From: Eledone cirrhosa
Taxonomy: Eukaryota
Assembly (NCBI GenBank): GCA_964016885.1
Contig: OZ024740.1
Coordinates: forward strand, 334,242,001-334,306,000
DNA: 64,000 nucleotides
Reading direction: 5' to 3'
The notes beneath the pieces are model-generated. The model was not told the DNA's origin, searched no databases, and saw nothing but the letters and a program-made list of their open reading frames with translations. Positions 59,141 through 64,000 of the stretch are shown one piece after another. How positions within the stretch are numbered: position 1 is the first letter of the stretch; the number at the start of each line of letters is the position of its first letter. A program made the position numbers and the translations under genes.

Positions 59141-59842
59141 TAAAAAAGAGAAATTGGCTGGATTGGCACTCTTCAAAATGTGTGGAGACACCTTAACAGC
59201 AAAAGTTTTAATACCCATTTAACTTGACTATTGCACGCTCATCTGTACGCACATACTAACTTGATACTAAAATTTAAAGGTTCAAGTTATGTTAAAATTC
59301 CATTTACTCAAATTTGCGCCTTTTGAATAATTTATATCTATATCACATCATTAAATCCAGCTTATTGAAATGATAATTATTGAAAACAAATGCGACGTTT
59401 TCTTCATTCGTTTAATATTTACCATCGGATTATACATATAATCACGTAGGCGTAGAACAGTTACATATTCCCACAAAAGACTAACTCGCAAGGAAGTATT
59501 GTAGCGCCAAAATCAACACTTCGCTCCATCAATCCAAAGCCTAAGGAAAAACGGTACTAATTTCATTTCATATTTCAAAAATAGCTAATGCTCACTCGGA
59601 ATAACTGCAAACTTATCGTTTCTCAACAAGGATTTTTTTGTATCTATGCTGACAAGTTATAATCAATCCCAATCCCCCAAAAGGCAACATTTCGACATAG
59701 CAAGATACGCAGGCTTCGCTTTCAATTAGGAAAGCTGAAAAGGAAGGAAAACTGTCAAAAACATAAAAATAACAAGCATCGTGATCATTAAATGCTACCG
59801 TATATGAATCTGTAAATAGAATCACTTACACACACACACACA

Positions 59843-59943
<101 letters not shown>

Positions 59944-60363
59944 GCATACATACATACATACATACATACACGCACATATATAGGTGTGTGTGTGAGCGTT
60001 TTTCAATGTATGTATGTCTGTACTTATATATATATATACATACGTCTTCGCTACATAAAATTGCTTCATCAGGAATGTATTATATTTAGAAAGTATATCA
60101 TATATCTCCGCTTGCTTAAATCATATTTAGCCTTGGAGAGAACTGTTAATATCCCGGGACATATTTCACAATGTTATTGGCTATGTCAAAAATGACAAGT
60201 TTACATTCCAGTTTTAGAGATATTTTTGTATTACTTCCTTTTACAACGCTTGCCAGTTTCTGAAAGGGTGAATCATTTAGCAACATATTTATATCATAAA
60301 CATTACATACCGTCAAGCCTACAACAATGTTATATCTCCATAAATACACACACATTCACCCCA

Positions 60364-60428
<65 letters not shown>

Positions 60429-60537
60429 AAGAGTGAGAGAGTGAGGGGGGAGAGAGAGTGAGAGAGAGAGGGGAAGAGAGTGACAAAGTGAAAGAAACAG
60501 AGATGAATGCATTATTATTAAAGTTATTATTATTAAA

Positions 60538-60735
60538 GGGCGGTGGATTGGCAGTATCGGTAGAGGGTCGGACGCCATACTTTGCAGCATAGAGTTACGG
60601 CCCTTTATGATCTGAGTTCAAATCCCGCCGTGGTTAACTTTGCCTTTCATCCTTACGGGGTCGATAAAATAAAGTACCAGTAATGTACTGGGTAATTGCT
60701 GGCCTTGTGCCTAAAGTAGAAACAATTATTATTAT
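60538..60735 (+). mobile_element. S1 SINE with TSD
   Basis: Full head/core/tail; ttattattattaaag on both sides. Confidence 0.88.
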
Positions 60736-60739
60736 TAAA

Positions 60740-61053
60740 GTGTAAATCGTAAAGTGCCCATGGGATTCGCACCTAGAAGGTTCCCCTGCAAGGCACAAGT
60801 CCAGGCAAGGTGTGTTTGTAGAAGACCATAAATTTCCCATGCATACATGTCTCCCTTCTCCATACCACCTATCTCGTCCAAAGGAAATGCAAAGGCAGAT
60901 GCAGCTTGGAACCAATGACGTTGCAACTCTTTTCTACAGCTGAGTAAACTGGAGCAACGTGTCTTGCTTAAGGACACAACGCACAGCTCTGTCCGAGAAT
61001 TGAACTCATAACCTCCGACTTGCAAGCCCAATGTTCTAACCACTATGCTATTA
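60740..61053 (-). mobile_element. S2-related SINE with alternative tail
   Basis: Minus strand: tagcatagtggttagaacattgg..gagttcaattctc..tgtgtccttaagcaagacac..ctccagtttactcagctgtagaaa, then the tail seen at 55075-55285. Confidence 0.78.
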
Positions 61054-61129
61054 GTATTATTACTTCCCTTTTGCATCATGGTTTTCACCAGAGAGATGTA
61101 AAGAATTTGGCTATCAAGTCTGACGACAA

Positions 61130-62330
61130 AGATAGGCAGTATCTTTTGGAGCATGTGGGCTGAACCAATAAAAGCTGATTTTTGCGGGCAGTAAATGTTC
61201 GGTTGTATTCCAAGTTCTTCTAATTTCTTCTCTAATTTATGTGGTATCGATGCCAATGTACCAATAACAACATGAATCACCTTAGCTGACACATTCCACA
61301 CCTTAGCTGTTTCTACTCTCAACTCTGAATAGTTCAATTTCTTTTCCCATTCTTTCTCTTCAATTTTCTGATCCAAAGGGATTGCAATGTCAATTATCCA
61401 GCACTTTCCCTCCTCTTTTTCAATCACGGCAATGTCAAGTCTCCGTTGTTCAATAACTCTGTCTGTTTGTACAGTCAAATCCTACTTTATCCTTGCTTTG
61501 TCATTCTGCATTATACTCTCGTGTTCAAGGCGATTCCATTTCTCCTCCATTTTGAATCCATATTGCTGGCAGGTGAAAGCATAACGTGTGCCGTATCTTG
61601 TAATCTTTATGCGCAAGAAAAGTACAGGTGCTTACAATGTGTGTAACATTCCCCGCTTTTGATCCACATAGCCTGTATTTGTCGTTAATGGCTTTTCAAT
61701 GTAAATTCTGCGTTAGGCTGGTGTGTATGGCTTGATTGTGGGTGGCAAAAAAGCCAGCCCTCTCTTTCTCTCTGTATATCTCTCCTACTCAACCAATCTC
61801 ATGATCTTTCAATTTCCAGGAGTTTCGTCTCTTCTTCGAATTGGTCGTGCAAGGCATTGACGCTCTCAATTCGTGTTTTTATTTCTCAACTCTTTACTTG
61901 TAGTCCTCTTTGCTTTCGATGTTTGCCTTCACTAATATCTTTGTATTGGCAGCGTATTTGAGTTGTATTTCTTTGCTGTTTGCAACGTAAGAGTCTAGGC
62001 ATTTCCTCTCAGCAGCGACGCTTTCTTCTATTCCAATCGATCCTCTCCAAACATTCTTTCTTGACCCATACAGCCTCAACATTTTTGCACCAATACATTT
62101 TGAACCCGTCTCTGCCAATACCATCTTGATCTTACTGTCAATGTCTTCCAGTTCCTGCTTGGTCCAATTGAAGACCACCATACTGCATCTCGCCACTGCT
62201 ACATCCGCTCAATTTATAATTGTCATCAACTTATGGAAGCAACTCATGATTTTCGAAGTGATATTAAGTCTTCTCTGAGAATATTTAAGCACGTTATTGA
62301 TCAGTAATGTTCAAACACTTCTCCTTTAGA
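61130..62330 (-). pseudogene. Second decayed R4/Dong-like non-LTR retrotransposon 3' end (RLE)
   Basis: QTDRVIEQRRLDIAVIEKEEGKCWIIDIAIP..KEWEKKLNYSEL..VVIGTLASIP; upstream WTKQELEDIDSK..RLYGSRKNVWRG thumb-region remnant. Confidence 0.82.
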
Positions 62331-63859
62331 TTATAATAATTATTATTATTAGTCTAATGTTTACTGTGTATCGTCACTGTGTTATCGAATGCAGCTATGT
62401 GCGCTTGCGTATGAGCAATGTGGTTTTTGATGGTTTTGTTTCTATTGTATGGAAAGTACACATGGTAATTTGTTTGCAGAATCTAGTAGGATTAGTTTCT
62501 GTATACTGCATATATTTGTAAGCTTTAGACCTTTAATTACATATTTGTAATCATTTCCAGATCATATATTATTGTAGGGATTATTTCAGTTTTCATTAAT
62601 TGTTTTCGGTTTAATTATATCACTAGGTATTTATATTTGGATAATTTTTTTTGTTAAATACATTGTCATCTGTGGTGATTGATGTAATCGGTTTGCTTTG
62701 GTATGCTTTTTTGAGTGTATTGGCATATCAAAGTGTATGTTCACAAAGTTGACGAATTTCCTGGGGTGTCCCTGAATAATATGGTATTTCGTAGTGCTGC
62801 CCTAATTCACTGTAAGGAAATCCTAAATATATTACATTTTGGATGGTGTATTATCTAAATGCAGTCATTATTTTTCTTCTTTTTCTGTCTATTCCTGCTA
62901 GTTCTTTTAGCCCCAGTTCAGTATCTTAAAACATTAACTCATAACTGGCATTGCTAGAGTTTTGATGTCACTAAACTTATCCTTTGCATTTAGTTCTGTT
63001 TAAAGCTGTAAGCTCATATGTCTATAACATTCTGCGCGGAAATATTTTACACAAACCCGTACAATACATTTTGAATTCCATTGAATATCATCATGAAGAC
63101 CATAATCAGAATCCTGCGTATCCTGATACACCATAATCCTATACGACGATACACCTTTAAACAGCTTTTAAAAGAGAAATGTGTGTTGTTAAGACTACAC
63201 TAAAATGTCTAAGAAAAGCGGGAGAGAGAGAAAGTATGGCAGACAAAGAAAACTGTGCAGAGAACGAAAAAGAAAAGACTCAAATTCTTAGAAAAGATCT
63301 GAGGCCTGCCACGTAATAGTGACAGATGAAGAAGACTGGTACACACCACCTCACAAAACATCATTAATATGACTCATTCAGAATCTGATATCTTATGTAT
63401 ATATATATATATATATTAACCTGCCATAGAACACGTTGGCACACGGTTAGATAATACATGTGCCCCTATATGCATTTTGCATGTAGGGAAACATACTTTA
63501 TTATTCCTGGTCGAGAAAACATTTTGGTCGTTTTAACTGCTGCTATTTCTAGTGGCAGTACATTGACCTTTCTACCCCTGCCTTCTATCTTTACACACGG
63601 CACTAGACAAGATTGTTTCTTCATCATACACTCTCATCCGGGAACAGTTATGTATGGCGCCAGTTCGTGATTTGAACTCGGGAATTTTATATTCTCCGAG
63701 TGAGAAGAGCCATCTGACGAAAGTCTTCTTCTCAATGAATTTCCGCATGAATTATCCATTTATTTTGAGACTTGAAAGCGCGCGGTAAAGGTAATTATAG
63801 CAGATACAGTGAAATTTTTAAAATTTATTTTAAAACTTTTTCTTATTTGCTAAACCCTG

Positions 63860-63910
<51 letters not shown>

Positions 63911-64000
63911 AATAAAATATGGAGAAAAATACAGCAGGTAGCGCATGGATAACATGTAATAAAATGAATACCTCATCAGTGATTTGCCGACGATCATAGA

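Noticed and set aside
60735-61478. 247-aa ORF as a novel fusion protein
   Set aside because: RLE remnant reading through by chance into an adjacent SINE.

Overview
Eukaryotic, AT-rich, microsatellite-dense genomic DNA. The (TA)n/(CA)n/(GA)n load and the tRNA-derived SINE families suggest an Octopus-like cephalopod (inference). No intact host gene can be supported; most ORFs in the track are microsatellite artefacts (YIYI/CVCV/THTH). The window is mostly decayed retroelements: four Penelope-like elements (PLEs; RT and/or GIY-YIG), two R4/Dong-type RLE non-LTR relics, an RTE-derived bipartite non-autonomous element, two SINE families, and at least five non-coding families carrying type I hammerhead ribozyme (HHR) motifs. 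Most notable: (i) three dissimilar repeat families share a covariant U3-A8 hammerhead core (UUGANAA instead of CUGANGA); (ii) two divergent PLEs keep an in-phase U-UUU-UUA heptamer between a helical ORF1 and a -1-frame RT-GIY-YIG ORF2; (iii) many unrelated HHR families recur as insertions in (TA)n whose two ends are both 3' ends of the element, in inverted orientation; (iv) a ~425-447 bp tandem HHR unit resembling a retrozyme. All motifs were read by eye and coordinates are approximate.
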